From contig NC_043015.1 in NCBI RefSeq assembly GCF_006345805.1, forward strand, positions 16,058,001-16,122,000: DNA of 64,000 nt, written 5' to 3'. Shown here piece by piece: positions 40,895 to 53,256 of the stretch. Source of the stretch: Octopus sinensis. Taxonomy: Eukaryota. Under the pieces are notes generated by a model. The model did not search any database. It had not been told where the DNA came from and worked only from the letters and a program-made list of their open reading frames with translations. The position numbers were made by a program, and so were the translations under genes. Each line of letters begins with the position of its first letter. The stretch's first letter is position 1.

Positions 40895-41750
40895 TTTCAA
40901 ATTTTGGCACAAGACCAGCAGTTCTGAGAGGAGGAGGTACATAACTGGTACTTTATTTTATTGACCCCACCCCCCAAAGAGGATGACATATAAAGTTGAC
41001 CTCAGTGAAATTTAAACTTCAAATGTAAAATGTTGAAAGAAATGCCACAACGCCAGAATGATAATTATAATAATGTTAATAATAATTTCAAATTTTGGCA
41101 CAAGGCCAGCAATTTCAAGGAAGAAGTAAGTTGATTACATCAACCCCAGTATGAAAAGCAAATGATGCAAGGTAAAGTCAACCTTGTCAGAATTTGGACC
41201 CAGGATATAAAGGCAGACAAAATGCTACTAAGCCTTATTAAGTTCACCGCCTTAATAATAATAGTAATTCTGCCACAACGCTAGAATGATAATTATAATA
41301 ATGATAATAATGATTTCAAATTTTGCCACAAGAGCAGCCATTTTTGGGGGGATGGGGTAAGTCAGTTGCATCAACCCGTGTTTTTAAATGGTACTTAATT
41401 TATCAACCCTGAAAGGATGAAAGGCAAAGTCAACTTCAGTGGAATTTGAACTCAGAACATAAAGACAGGTGAAATACTGCTAAGCATTTTACCTGAAGTG
41501 CTAACAATTCTGCCAACTTGCCACCTTAATAATAATAATAATCCTTTCAACTATGAGCACAAGATCTGAAATTTTGGGGTTAGTCAATTACATCAACCCC
41601 AGTGCATAACTAGTACTTATTTTATTGGCGCCAAAAGGATGAAAGGCAAAGTCAACCATGGCGGAATTTGAACGCAGAGTGTACAGTCAGAAGAAATTCT
41701 GCTAAGCATTTTTTCCCGCATGCTAACAATTCTGCCAGCTCACCACCTTC
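40895..41750 (-). mobile_element. Four head-to-tail copies of a tRNA-headed SINE with a Nin-like core
   Basis: Minus-strand A box (TGGCAGAAT) and B box (GTTCAAAT), core CTTTCATCCTTT..GGG(T/G)TCGATAAA..AGTACCA, (ATT)n spacers. Confidence 0.8.
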
Positions 41751-41786
<36 letters not shown>

Positions 41787-42029
41787 CACCAATGGAATTT
41801 TGTTTTTGTGAATCCTAGTCATTTTGGCATCAATGCCTAATACTTCAATACAGCATATGAAGTAAACATCTTAGAGAGTAAAAGTTAGAATAGAAAGTTG
41901 TGCAAAATAACCAATACATCAACTCTTCTCATAGGGGACAACAAATAGCTATCCTGCACTTGAATTTTGGATTCCACTTTAGCATATTAAGTTACATGTG
42001 AATCCACAGAAGTTAAATCTGGTTGATTA

Positions 42030-42470
42030 TCATCATCATCATCATCATCATCATCTTCGTTTAGCGTCTGCTTTCCATGCTAGCATGGGTTGGACGGTTC
42101 AACTGGGGTCTGGGAAGTCAGAAGGCTGCACCAGACCCAGTCTGATCCGGCAATGTTTCTACGGCTGGATGCCCTTCCTAACGCCAACCACTCCGTGAGT
42201 GTAGTGGGTGCTTTTTACGTGCCACCGGCACAGGTGCCAGACCAGGCTGGCAAACGGCCATGATTGGATGGTGCTTTTTACGTGCCACCGGCACGGGGGC
42301 CAGGCGAGGCTGGCAACGGCCACAGTCGGATGGTGTTTTTTATTTGCCACCAGCACGAGACCAGTCGGGGTGGCGCTGGCAATGGCCACGTTCGGATGGT
42401 TCTCTTACGTACCACCGGCACTGGTATCACAGCTGCAATTTCCATTGATGTTGATCCATTCTCAATTTCA
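42030..42470 (-). mobile_element. SINE-like repeat with RTE-type tail and four ~62-bp internal tandem units
   Basis: Units begin GGTGCTTTTTACGTGCCACCGGCAC at about 42207, 42270, 42331 and 42397. Confidence 0.8.
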
Positions 42471-42547
42471 AAGAGAATACCAGCAATATTATTAATAGGT
42501 CACAGTTAAATAATTTCAATATTAATATTATTTCTTTTTTATTTTAG

Positions 42548-42610
42548 GGTGTACCTGGTCCTGTTGGACCCCGTGGTTCTCCTGGTCTAGATGGATGCAA
42601 TGGAACTCAG
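42548..42610 (+). CDS. COL4A2: Collagen IV exon GVPGPVGPRGSPGLDGCNGTQ (end of 7S; Cys and N-glycosylation site)
   Basis: ttttAG/GTaaaa, 63 nt; GCNGT is a diagnostic collagen IV 7S motif. Confidence 0.96.
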
Positions 42611-43691
42611 GTAAAACATTTATTTTTATGATCATTCTTCAATCATCAACCTTCAGATGTTTTTGATTTATAGTTTTAGTGTGTGGCAGACTATGTGATT
42701 ACATTTTGTATCATACCTCTTCTCCTCTCACTTTATACCATGTTATCCATTTGAAAAATTATCAGAAATTTTATTATTGCTAAATTAATTGAGAATTGCA
42801 ACTTAAGAAATCGATAAAATTCCAGTAACAAGCCAAATATTCAACACTTTGTAATTTGTTACTCGCACTGCACTGTGTCCTTGGTTCATATATATTACTC
42901 TTGCAAGTCCAGATAACATAGATGTAAAATAAGTACTGTAGTGTGGAATGGTGAGACATTGCATAAATGATGAGAATTTAGTCAATTTGTAGTGCTGAGC
43001 TAAAAGTTTTTTAAATTATCAACTTTTGCAATATTTACTCTGTAGCTTCTTATTTACCATACAAATAATCAACCTCCACTGAGTGGAGCAATTCAACAAT
43101 AATAATAGTCTACATAGGTTGTATAAATACATATCTGAATTTCATAACACCTATGTAATGGGAAATGAACAAAATATTAAAAAGGATCAAAATTCATTCA
43201 TTGTTCAACTGTCAGATTTTAGATCCAAAATTTTTAAGCAGTGCCAGACCTAGTTATCATTGAATTAAGCGTTCAAATAAGCCATTTTACTTAAGTTGCT
43301 TTTATCAAATTAGCTTAAAGCCAGTGCAGTTCCTAATTAATACTTAAATGATTTGTGTCAGGGAGGCAGGGAAAAAAATGTGTCTAATTTGCATAAAACT
43401 TGATTCATATGCTACTATTCAAAATTTTCTAATTCCCCTATATGAAGGGTTTTCTATCAGTCTTGAAGTTGAATCTCATATCATTTGAGTAAATCACTTT
43501 ATCTCCAATTTAAATAGATAATTGAATACTTGTATCAACAAATGTTTACAGAGATGAAACAGGATAATGAGATGATGAGCTGAAATAGTTCAGAAAAAAA
43601 TGGATTTTAGCTCAGGATCATGAAGTTGTAAAAAAAATATAAAAGTTCAATAAATTTCAAACATTTTATGTTACTTTATTTTTATTTTCAG

Positions 43692-43805
43692 GGTGATCCT
43701 GGTGTTCCTGGACTCCCTGGAGTTCCTGGTCTTAGAGGAACACCAGGCCCAAGTGGACGATCTGGACAAAAGGGAGAACCTGGATTAGGATTAAAAGGTT
43801 TGAAG
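43692..43805 (+). CDS. COL4A2: Collagen IV exon GDPGVP...[14 protein letters not shown]
   Basis: ttttcAG/GTgtgt, 114 nt, phase 0-0; matches ORF 43668..43865. Confidence 0.95.
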
Positions 43806-43890
43806 GTGTGTATTTTAAAGGCTTTATTGACTATTTTTCGCATTACTTCTATAGTACATACATAGATGTATACATACATAAAAACAATAT

Positions 43891-43949
<59 letters not shown>

Positions 43950-44168
43950 TATATATATATACATGTATTTTTACACACACTACATACATGATCATAGCGA
44001 TATTCTTGCATATGTAATCTTATGTCAAATGCAAGTGTTGATTCTGAAAATATTCATAATGCTATAAAATAGTATTGAAAATTAGGAGATTTCAACCTAA
44101 TATTTTTTTCTTTCCAAATATGTCAGTGTATAATATTTTGTTTATTCATTTCATATCTTTTTTAACAG

Positions 44169-44204
44169 GGTGAACCTGGACGTGATGGGATACCTGGTCC
44201 TGTG
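44169..44204 (+). CDS. COL4A2: Collagen IV exon GEPGRDGIPGPV
   Basis: aacAG/GTaagt, 36 nt, phase 0-0. Confidence 0.93.
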
Positions 44205-44759
44205 GTAAGTATGTCAACATTGAAACTCCTCTGTTTTAAAACAAATCCTCAAAAAGTCATTGGAATAGTTTTAAAATATTCAAGATGCAAGAGAGAATTG
44301 AGATGAGAGCTAAAAAAAAATATCTATCCTAAAATAAAAAATGACTTAGTGGTTTTGTTGAGTATATTTCTCCCAAGAACAGTCAACCTTTGAGTTTCAA
44401 CTAATTTTGAAATAATCAAGATTTGGTACAAGTTGATAAAATATTTCATTTTATTTTGTATTTATGTTATAATCTAACAATCTAACTGTAAATTATATGA
44501 AATTTATAGTTGCTTTGAGAAGTACATATACTGAGGATTACATTACCTCAATATGAAAAGGATTACATCAGACACATAAAATATAGGCAGCAAAAGATCA
44601 TGGGAATAACGACCAAACCATTCTCCCCAGATTTAGAATTGCTCGATGGTTAAATCCTGGTTACTTTTATAGTTTGTAAGAAAATATGAAAAATTTTAGT
44701 AAAATATTAAACTTGAACACAGTTATGTCTTCAATATAATTTGTTTGAAAAGAATCTGT

Positions 44760-44875
<116 letters not shown>

Positions 44876-44918
44876 ATATATATGTATATATAAATGCTTA
44901 TTTGTCCTTCTCTTTTAG

Positions 44919-44981
44919 GGATCACAAGGCCCTCCTGGAAAATCTGGCTTGCGTGGGCCAGAAGGACTCAGAGGATTGCTA
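44919..44981 (+). CDS. COL4A2: Collagen IV exon GSQGPPGKSGLRGPEGLRGLL
   Basis: ttctcttttAG/GTaagt, 63 nt, phase 0-0. Confidence 0.94.
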
Positions 44982-45522
44982 GTAAGTTACTACTATTACA
45001 GTTATTAGTACTGCATAAGTAAATATGTGTGTGGTATGTTAGTAGTGTCAATCATTATTATTAACCCCAGTTAAACTAGATTATACATACCTTTGAATTA
45101 AAGACATTCAAGCACCACCATCTTTGTTTACCATACTAAACATATTTAGGACAACATTATTGTGTGTATCCTTCCATTTCAGAGATGGTAGAGTGTTATG
45201 TGGCAACTACGTTTAGCAAATCAAGTAATTGCATAGAGTGTACCAGAATTTTTTCTGCAACACATAATAAAGTTTCTTGAAGTTTTTTGTTGGAATTGGC
45301 AATAGTTCCAATCATACCAATTGCTTCTGCTTCATTTTTAGATGTTTTAGAACATTAATTTAGATGTTTTATAACATAAGCTGTCTTAATAATTTCATCA
45401 TGAAAGTTAGTTCTATTGTTGTCATATAAAATGTTTGCTTGAATTTCTTCAGCTTTCTTCTGCTACTCAGCTTCAGATATCTACCTCTGTCTCTTAAAAA
45501 GTGTTTCTGTTATATTTTATAG

Positions 45523-45696
45523 GGTCCTCAAGGTGAGAAAGGTGAAAGAGGTGAAAAGGGTCCAGCTGGTATATCTAAAAAGTCAACTCCAGGGCCACCT
45601 GGGCCAAAAGGAAATCCTGGACCTCCAGGAAACCTCTGTGCACAAGATGGACCTAATACAATGAAAATGGGTAAAAAGGGTGAAAAAGGCATGAGG
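45523..45696 (+). CDS. COL4A2: Collagen IV exon GPQGEK...GISKKSTPGPP...GNLCAQDGPNTMKMGKKGEKGMR
   Basis: ttttatAG/GTaagg, 174 nt, phase 0-0, two interruptions, one Cys. Confidence 0.94.
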
Positions 45697-45779
45697 GTAA
45701 GGCTGTGAAAAAGTCAAGATTATGTTACTTTAATATTTCTATTATGTTTTTTATGTGAAATTTTCTCTCTTCAAGCCAT

Positions 45780-46170
45780 GAACAGAGTGTAGTAAGTGTT
45801 ATTCTGCATAGCAGTAAGGCATGAGCATTAAATATGGAAGATGTATGAAGTGGTAAGAAAAAATGAGTTGAATACAATTTGTTGGGTATGAAACATGAGA
45901 TGAAAAAGTGGTTATGCCATAAAGACATTGTAGTAGGAGGAATCATTGTGTTGCAATTGATGTGATATGAATGAACATGTCTGGCTGGGAGTTAGAATGC
46001 TGTGTCTTGACAGTGAAGAAGAGGAACCTGGCAGATGATGGACAAAAAATAGTTGGTGTGAAATTTGTGAAAATTGGGCCTCACAGCTGAGCTGTCACAG
46101 GTTTATATTATAGATCTGTCCAATCCATGACAACATGAAGAAAATAGCATTAAAACGTGATGATGGTAAT
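45780..46170 (+). mobile_element. Degenerate RTE-like LINE 3' end
   Basis: VILHSS.AWALN-like translation; ends CCAATCCATGACAACATGAAG...TTAAAACGTGATGATG. Confidence 0.6.
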
Positions 46171-46755
46171 AGAGGTGATGATGCATTTAATATGCTTTCT
46201 CCTATATGAATGTTACATCTTTTGAGATGCTTTTAGAACTTAATATGTCCAAGAGAGATCATTTCTGAGTGATTCCATGAGAATTGTTGGAAGATGCGGT
46301 TTGTGACTTAAGTTCAAACTCATTGCCAGATGTAATTGCTAGTTGCCTGTTCTCTATGCAGTATTATCATGTTGAATAGAACTCAGCTATATACACTATT
46401 TTTATGTGTAGCATTTGTGGAAATTGAGATGCAGAGCTTCAGATTCTTTCATACCTGTACTGACACACAGCTCTTAAGCCAGAGTTTGTGATTTTAAAAA
46501 TCAAAACCACACAGTTGAAATATCAAAATAGAATACATATAATTTCTGTGTACCCTCTTTCAAGCTATTTCTCAAAATATCAAAACATTGTTATTTGCAT
46601 TCAATTTTTAATCTAGACATGTATTGCTAAGCATAAAAGTGTGAGTGAAAATAAACCTGCTAGAGAAAGAGAGGAAAAAAATTGAGAGATTTAAATACAA
46701 AAAAGGAAAGGAAAAAGAATAACAAAGATTGTAATGTCACTACAGTTTTAGTTGT

Positions 46756-46760
46756 GTATG

Positions 46761-46816
<56 letters not shown>

Positions 46817-46868
46817 TATATATGTATATACACACGCATACATAAACACACATATATATATATATATG

Positions 46869-46914
<46 letters not shown>
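46756..46914. repeat. (TA)n compound microsatellite
   Basis: Direct reading. Confidence 0.95.
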
Positions 46915-46919
<5 letters not shown>

Positions 46920-47133
46920 AAGAAGAAAATGGAGAAGATAATTAATTGACAAACATCAGCTAGATCTATTTATTAGTTACAATCATATGAATAAATAAAT
47001 AAATAAGGATAAATGAGTGAATATAACTCTACTCTTACACCTGTTTCTACTTTGGGGTCCAGCATGCCAAAGTTGACACATCATATCAAGATTATACAGA
47101 GATTGTACAAATATTGAACAAAAATTAGACAAA

Positions 47134-47500
47134 GGTGTAGGAGTGGCTGTGTGGTATGTAACTTGCTTACCAACCACATTGTTCCGGGTTCAGTCCCACT
47201 GCGTGGCACCTTGGGCAAGTGTCTTCTACTATAGCCTTGGGCCAACCAAAGCCTTGTGACGGAAATTGAAAAAAAGTCTGTCGTGTGTGTGTGTGTTTGT
47301 GTGTCTGTGTTTGTCCCCCCAACATCACTTGACAACCAATGCTGGTGTGTTTACATCCCTGAACTTAGCGGTTTGGCAAAAGAGACCAATAGAATAAGTA
47401 CTAGGCTTACAAAGAATAAGTCCTGGGGTCTATTTGTTCGACTAAAGGTGGTGCTCCAGCATGGCAACAGTCAAATGACTGAAACAAGTCAAAGAGTAAA
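47134..47500 (+). mobile_element. tRNA-headed SINE family with internal microsatellite
   Basis: Same architecture; imperfect TSD AAAATT(A)GACAAA on both sides. Confidence 0.82.
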
Positions 47501-48534
47501 AAATTGACAAAATTTGAACTCCAAAGCTTCATCAGAGAGTCCAAAATGGTAAGAATTAAACAAGCAAAAAAGTAAAATGAAATAATAAAAAAAATTTTAA
47601 ATAGTAAAAAAGTAAATTCCAAGATAATATCTTGAGGTTCTAAGATTACATCTTATTTCAGTCTAATGAGGGATATAGTAAGATAAAACGTTATAGGGTG
47701 GGGTTAATGGGATGATCCATATAACAGAGGTCATTAGATAGAAACTAAAAACTATGTAATAGAATAGCAATAAAATTTAGTTAACGTAAACGTAGTTGGG
47801 AAAATCAATACGTAATTATATCAATGAAGGAATAATTTGGGTATAAATTATGTGTGATGTTATTGTTTATTAACAAAAATTTTCATCATAATACCCCTAT
47901 GAGTAGGGTAAGGCCAATGTCAATCGTACAACTTAATTGGTCAGCTACTATTTAAAAATAATAACATTATTTGAGTCCGTTAAAGCTATCAAAATACAAA
48001 ACAGATTTAAGAAAAGATTCCAGGAATAAGTTGCCTGGGAATAATAAATAAATACATATGGTTAGGAATCCTAAATTTAAATTACAATTTATGGGAGCAA
48101 CTGTCTTTGAAGACTCATATTGTCATTGAATGCTCGAAATGAGGAACAGATAGACAGCTGACAACTGATGAAGGGTCCTTTCTTTGTGTTTATTTGTCCT
48201 GTTTTCCTTTTTTTTTTTTTCTCGTTTACATATAACATGTTATTTGCACTGTTGGTGATGTCCTGTACCCATATATGTGTGTATGTGTGTGTGTGTATGT
48301 ATATATATATCTTGCTTTTTTTTCATTTAGTCTTTAACTGGTTATTGGATTGCAGCCATACAGGGGCATCACTTTCATGGGTTTACTCAAGCATATTGAT
48401 GCCAATAATTATTTTAAAGTTTGGTACTTACTTCATCAACTGGATTTGTCAAACCACTATGTTATATATCTCAACAACATTGCGAGTTTTTAGTAGCATA
48501 AACATAAGTACACACTCAGACACACACAGAGATT

Positions 48535-48535
<1 letters not shown>

Positions 48536-48613
<78 letters not shown>
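48536..48613. repeat. (CA)n microsatellite
   Basis: Direct reading; a similar pure (CA)n lies at 10070-10165. Confidence 0.95.
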
Positions 48614-48616
<3 letters not shown>

Positions 48617-49469
48617 AAGCTTCTATACTGTTTTTTAACAGTCAAATTTCATTCAAGACATTAATCCCTCATGGCTATAGTTGAAAACACTTGCACAAGG
48701 GGACTGAACCCAGAATAACATAGTTATAAAGCAAACTTTCAAACCATACAGCAATACCTGCTGCTATATTATTGATATTTTTTTAGAATCCACACCTCAG
48801 TGGAACAGCTACAATAATTTGATTACTGGGAGTGTGGGTTCAAGTCTAGCCATACAAAGTTTTCTCTGTGGACATTATCATGTAATACAGCATGTTATGA
48901 TTTGTTAAAGTTTTATCCTTATAGTCATCTTATAACAGAATATCATTTATGATAGATTATGGTTTTGATTTTATTCCATAGTTAACATTATTTACTTCTT
49001 GACACAGAATGAAACATAATAGATCACAATACTTAAGGTAGAAAAAAATTACAAGTACATAACAAAGAATGTAGCTTTCTGAGATGCTGTCTCCCAAGAC
49101 TGCACATTCAACATCACCAATTTGAGATTTTACCCTATCAAAAGAATAAAATGTTTGAAACAAAATTTAAATTCATAATAAATTGTGTTTCGTGGTTTTC
49201 TATAAATTTCAAGCCATTTCACAGTTTTGAAAATAATCTTGGAATATTTATGGCTACTGCTAGTTAACATTGTTAATATATTTAACAATCATTATTTGAA
49301 TATATTGTTATAATTTTGTTTTAGAATCTGCTATGATAACATATTTTTATAAATTCTTTCTGAATTTATTAATTACTATTAATATTTTCTAGAACATATC
49401 TTGACTCTACTTGTATTTCTTAATTCATTTCAATTATTCAAACACACTAATGAAATATTGCTTTTTCAG

Positions 49470-49523
49470 GGTAGCAAAGGAGATAAAGGTGCACAAGGAT
49501 TATCAGGTGTTTCAGGTCTTGAT
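49470..49523 (+). CDS. COL4A2: Collagen IV exon GSKGDKGAQGLSGVSGLD
   Basis: ctttttcAG/GTaaga, 54 nt; matches ORF 49401..49676. Confidence 0.94.
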
Positions 49524-50974
49524 GTAAGATCATTTTGTTTTATTCATTTATTATTTTATCATTACTTGAAAACATTTTTAATTTTAAATTTGAATTTATT
49601 AAATTTTCATGACAATATAGAAATTGCAAAGATATATTTTTATATATACACTCTTAAGATTTATTCATTAGTTTAAAATAAGAATAATTGATGCTCTGTT
49701 TTTCTACACCAACCAATTGTACAATCTTATATTTTGCTATTCTTTCATCATGACCTTGGCAAATATGATAAAGATTAGCTTCTGCTAATGAGATTATAAT
49801 AAGACTGAAATAAGTTCAGAGTTATCTCCTTCTATATATTATTTGATTTGTAATATTGTTTCAGAACAATATTACACATCAAATAATATTGTCTTCCTCA
49901 CTCCATAATTATTTCTAATTGGCTTTTTAATTCTTTCCGGGTTAAATATGCTAACATTAACTTAACTGATGTTAACGTAATTGGAAAATTACTATAGCTG
50001 CCCTTTTCATGAAGAACATGGTTATGTGCAAATTAAACATACTTAAAGTGAGGAACTGAAAATTTTTTTAATCAATCCAAATTATATCAATAATGAAAAG
50101 AAAACTCATTAACATTGATGAAAAGTCATCTCAAAAGGAACAAAGGAAAAAACTCCACATTTAAAATTATCAAAAGCTAAATGAAGATGCACTAGGAGAG
50201 AGTGAACCTGAGCTTTGACTGTTATGGTGACAACTGTAGACATGTTTTGATCATATTAGACCTCCCCAGAAAAGCCTAAGTCAACATATAACTATCAAAC
50301 CATAAAAGAAATTAATTGAAGAGTTTTGGTGTAAAAATAATTCACTGATTAAGCAATTTAAAAGTTTACTTACTAGATAAATTATTTTAACCTGCAATTA
50401 ATTTGATATTAATATCATTAACTAGTTTCTCTTCAGCTACTGAAAAAAAATTTGAAGAAAGCTTAGATAAAGTATTTAGTATAAGGCCAGTAATTGTTGG
50501 GAGAAACAGTAACAAGATTATGAGAGACAGATGAAGTAAGTGGATTCAGATAAGAATGGCTTATAGTAAATTAAGTTCAAACTATTATAAAAGCTAGATA
50601 GCTCGATCAACAGATTGGTAATTTCACTGAGAGAGTATTGTTTCTGGTTAAGACAATTTGTTTTCTCAAAAGCCAAATCCACCTAACTCTCAGTAGGTAA
50701 CTGTAGGTGCTGCAAATAGCAAGAATAAAACTTTCACAATTCTTAACAGTTGTTTTGAAAAAAAAAAAAATGTATTATACTCATATTTAGTTTACATTGG
50801 TGATATAGTAGTAAGCTGAAATCAAAGAAGTAATCAAAAGCCAAGAAGTCAAATATTCTGCTCTTTAATACCAGCATACCATTCAGCAAGAACATCGCTG
50901 AAGTATTAGAAATGTTTACAATGTGTTCTGTGTTATCTTATATATATGCGTGTGTGTGTATATATATTTGACAG

Positions 50975-51037
50975 GGTCTTCCGGGCTCAACTGGAATGAA
51001 AGGAGAAAAAGGTGTTGCAGGAATAGCTGGTCCAAGA
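50975..51037 (+). CDS. COL4A2: Collagen IV exon GLPGSTGMKGEKGVAGIAGPR
   Basis: tttgacAG/GTaagt, 63 nt, 7 perfect triplets. Confidence 0.93.
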
Positions 51038-51331
51038 GTAAGTAATGTTTTTATTTACCATAACTCATGATCATTTAATTCATGTGGCTCAGTACACTTT
51101 GCCATAAATAATTACTGTGGGAAGTAATTGTATAAATGTGAATCTTTTATTGCTTTGAAGTACTCTTTTTAAATTCATATAGAGGTATAAGTTGAAAAAA
51201 TTGATTTAATCTACATTCATTGCCTGTCTTGACAAGACAGTGTATTAAATGGTGTAATAATTAATATGTTTTCTAGTTTTATTTTATATATCCATACTTC
51301 AAATACATATCTTTATTTTTTTCTTTTACAG

Positions 51332-51376
51332 GGAAAGCAAGGTTTACCTGGACCACAGGGACCTATGGGAATAAAG
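51332..51376 (+). CDS. COL4A2: Collagen IV exon GKQGLPGPQGPMGIK
   Basis: ttcttttacAG/GTatgt, 45 nt. Confidence 0.94.
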
Positions 51377-51413
51377 GTATGTTGTTTTTATTATGAATTT
51401 GCTGGATCTATCA

Positions 51414-51791
51414 TGGTACTTCATCATTTATGATGATGAGGGTTCCAGTTGATCCAATCAATGGAACAACCTGCTCATGAAATTAACGTGCAGGTAGCTG
51501 AGCACTCCACAGGCACATGTACCCTTAACATAGTTCTCGGGGAGATTCAGCATGACACAGAGTATGACAAGGCTGGCCTTTTGAAATACAGGTACAACAG
51601 AAACAGGAAGAAAGAGAGAAAGTTGTGGTGAAAGAGTACAGCAGGGTTCACCACCAACCCCTGCCGGAGCCTCGTGGAGCTTTAGGTGCTTTTGCTCAAT
51701 AAACACTCACAACACTTGGTCTGGGAATCGAAACCATGATCCTATGACTGTGAATCCACTAGCCTAACCACTGGGCCATTGCACCTCCACA
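51414..51791 (-). mobile_element. tRNA-derived SINE, near full length
   Basis: tRNA-like head on the minus strand; CTGGATCTAT duplicated on both sides as a TSD. Confidence 0.82.
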
Positions 51792-52044
51792 CTGGATCTA
51801 TAATATGGACTTGTGAGTACAAGAAAGTGCATTACATCAATAGGGAAAAAAAGAGGGATATGTACATGTGTCTTACTGTAGAGAAGATTCATATATACCC
51901 CAGAAGGAAAGAAAAAAGGATGGTGTAGATGCAGTATTAGGGTCTAACCTCAAGGTATAAGAAAGTAGATAGAGATAGAATAAAGACAAAATCAAGGATG
52001 GCTGGGTGAGTGCAGCTTCATTTGTATCAATATACCAGCTTTGT

Positions 52045-52380
52045 AAATAGGGTAGGTGACCCCGAAAGGAGTCTCAGGGAGTAGCGTACCCGCCTTCCTT
52101 AGCTAGTTCTCCACATTTCTTAAAAATCATGGTAGAGACCTTAGTCTCAGGACCACTCATGTCTAGAAACTGAGGTTGTGGGTAAACAAGGGCATACTCC
52201 CCATAGAAAATCCAGCTCCAAAAAAGCCTCATGATAGCAAAGGAGAATGGGCACCAACCAGCCCAAAGGTTGTGGGGGAAGGGGGGCTGCACCTGCCTAC
52301 CTCAGTTGCTATGGCATTGAGATAGATCCAGCCACCCTCATTAACAGGGACAAAACCCGGATTTAAAACACTGGATGATG
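52045..52380 (+). mobile_element. Short retroposed element with (GAT)n tail and a perfect 13-bp TSD
   Basis: ATACCAGCTTTGT at 52032-44 and 52381-93; GC-richer than its flanks. Confidence 0.8.
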
Positions 52381-53136
52381 ATACCAGCTTTGTGAACTTC
52401 ACAATTTTGAGATTCTGGCATTTATACATACATTCAAGTTATCTGATGCCTACATGTACAAATATGAAGTTATAATCTAGATGAAAAGTTCATGAATTTT
52501 GTTGCTCTGAGTTGTTATTCTTTTCATTTATTATAGAAGTGATATATTCAATTATCATTTAACCTCCAGGACACTGTTCATTTTCATATTGGATCCAGTC
52601 TTCCATTTTCCTATTTCATTAGTTTATATATTCCTTATACCGTTATTCTTTAGTTTGTTTAGTAAATGTATTCCATGTTATTCGAGCTTCTTATTTGTTA
52701 AATTTCTTTGTTGCTCTACCTAAGAATTATACTTATTGGGAAGTACTACTACATCAATATTTGGGTTATCCATGGATGATGTGAGTCACATCTTCAATAC
52801 TAACTCATAAAGGATAAAATCTAAGTTTACTTGGATTGTTGGTAACAATTAGTCCAGATAAGAGTTCCTAGTGGAGTTACATATGTTCACTTGATGTGAA
52901 GAATGAAATATCAAACAAGTTGCCATTCATCTGAAAATGTGGAATATGAAAAAAGTGTTGCCACTTGGACTGCAAGTTAATAAATGATAGAAGGAAGAAA
53001 AGAGATCTCTCTGGAAAATGATAAATGAATTAGTGGCAAAGGGGAGCCACAGTGTGTAATAAGGAATAAAATTTATGTATTGAGTACATTTTCTTTCCAT
53101 TTCTATAATTTAAACATTATATGAAAATAATTCTAG

Positions 53137-53256
53137 GGTGACAGAGGCATGGATGGTCTTCCTGGTTTAAATGGCTTCCCTGGGCTGAAAGGAGAACCAG
53201 GCGGCTCTGGATTGAGGGGTATCACTGGAGCTATTGGCCCACCTGGTCCACCTGGA
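53137..53256 (+). CDS. COL4A2: Collagen IV exon GDRGMDGLP...GAIGPPGPPG
   Basis: ttctAG/GTaagt, 120 nt, phase 0-0. Confidence 0.93.

Noticed and set aside
42195-42440. Repeat-spacer appearance suggestive of CRISPR
   Set aside because: Eukaryotic context; the 'spacers' are homologous to each other, so this is a minisatellite; no cas genes.
41998-42509. Overlapping GC-rich ORFs, including a poly-His start
   Set aside because: Derived from the (CAT)n tail and tandem units of a SINE.
43688-44011. Minus-strand Pro/Gly-rich ORFs (also 37426-37629, 57414-57626)
   Set aside because: Antisense shadows of the plus-strand collagen exons, not a second collagen.
48085-48180. Hammerhead-like words (TTGAAGA...GAAA...ATA GACAG and CTGATGA)
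   Set aside because: The core has a C3 change and an extra base, helix II does not pair, and no type I, II or III arrangement closes properly.
50100-50720. Possible decayed DNA-transposon coding relic
   Set aside because: No motif I could assign with confidence.
51700-51790. tRNA-like sequences here and at 5040-5130
   Set aside because: A/B-box heads continuous with SINE bodies; no complete cloverleaf.
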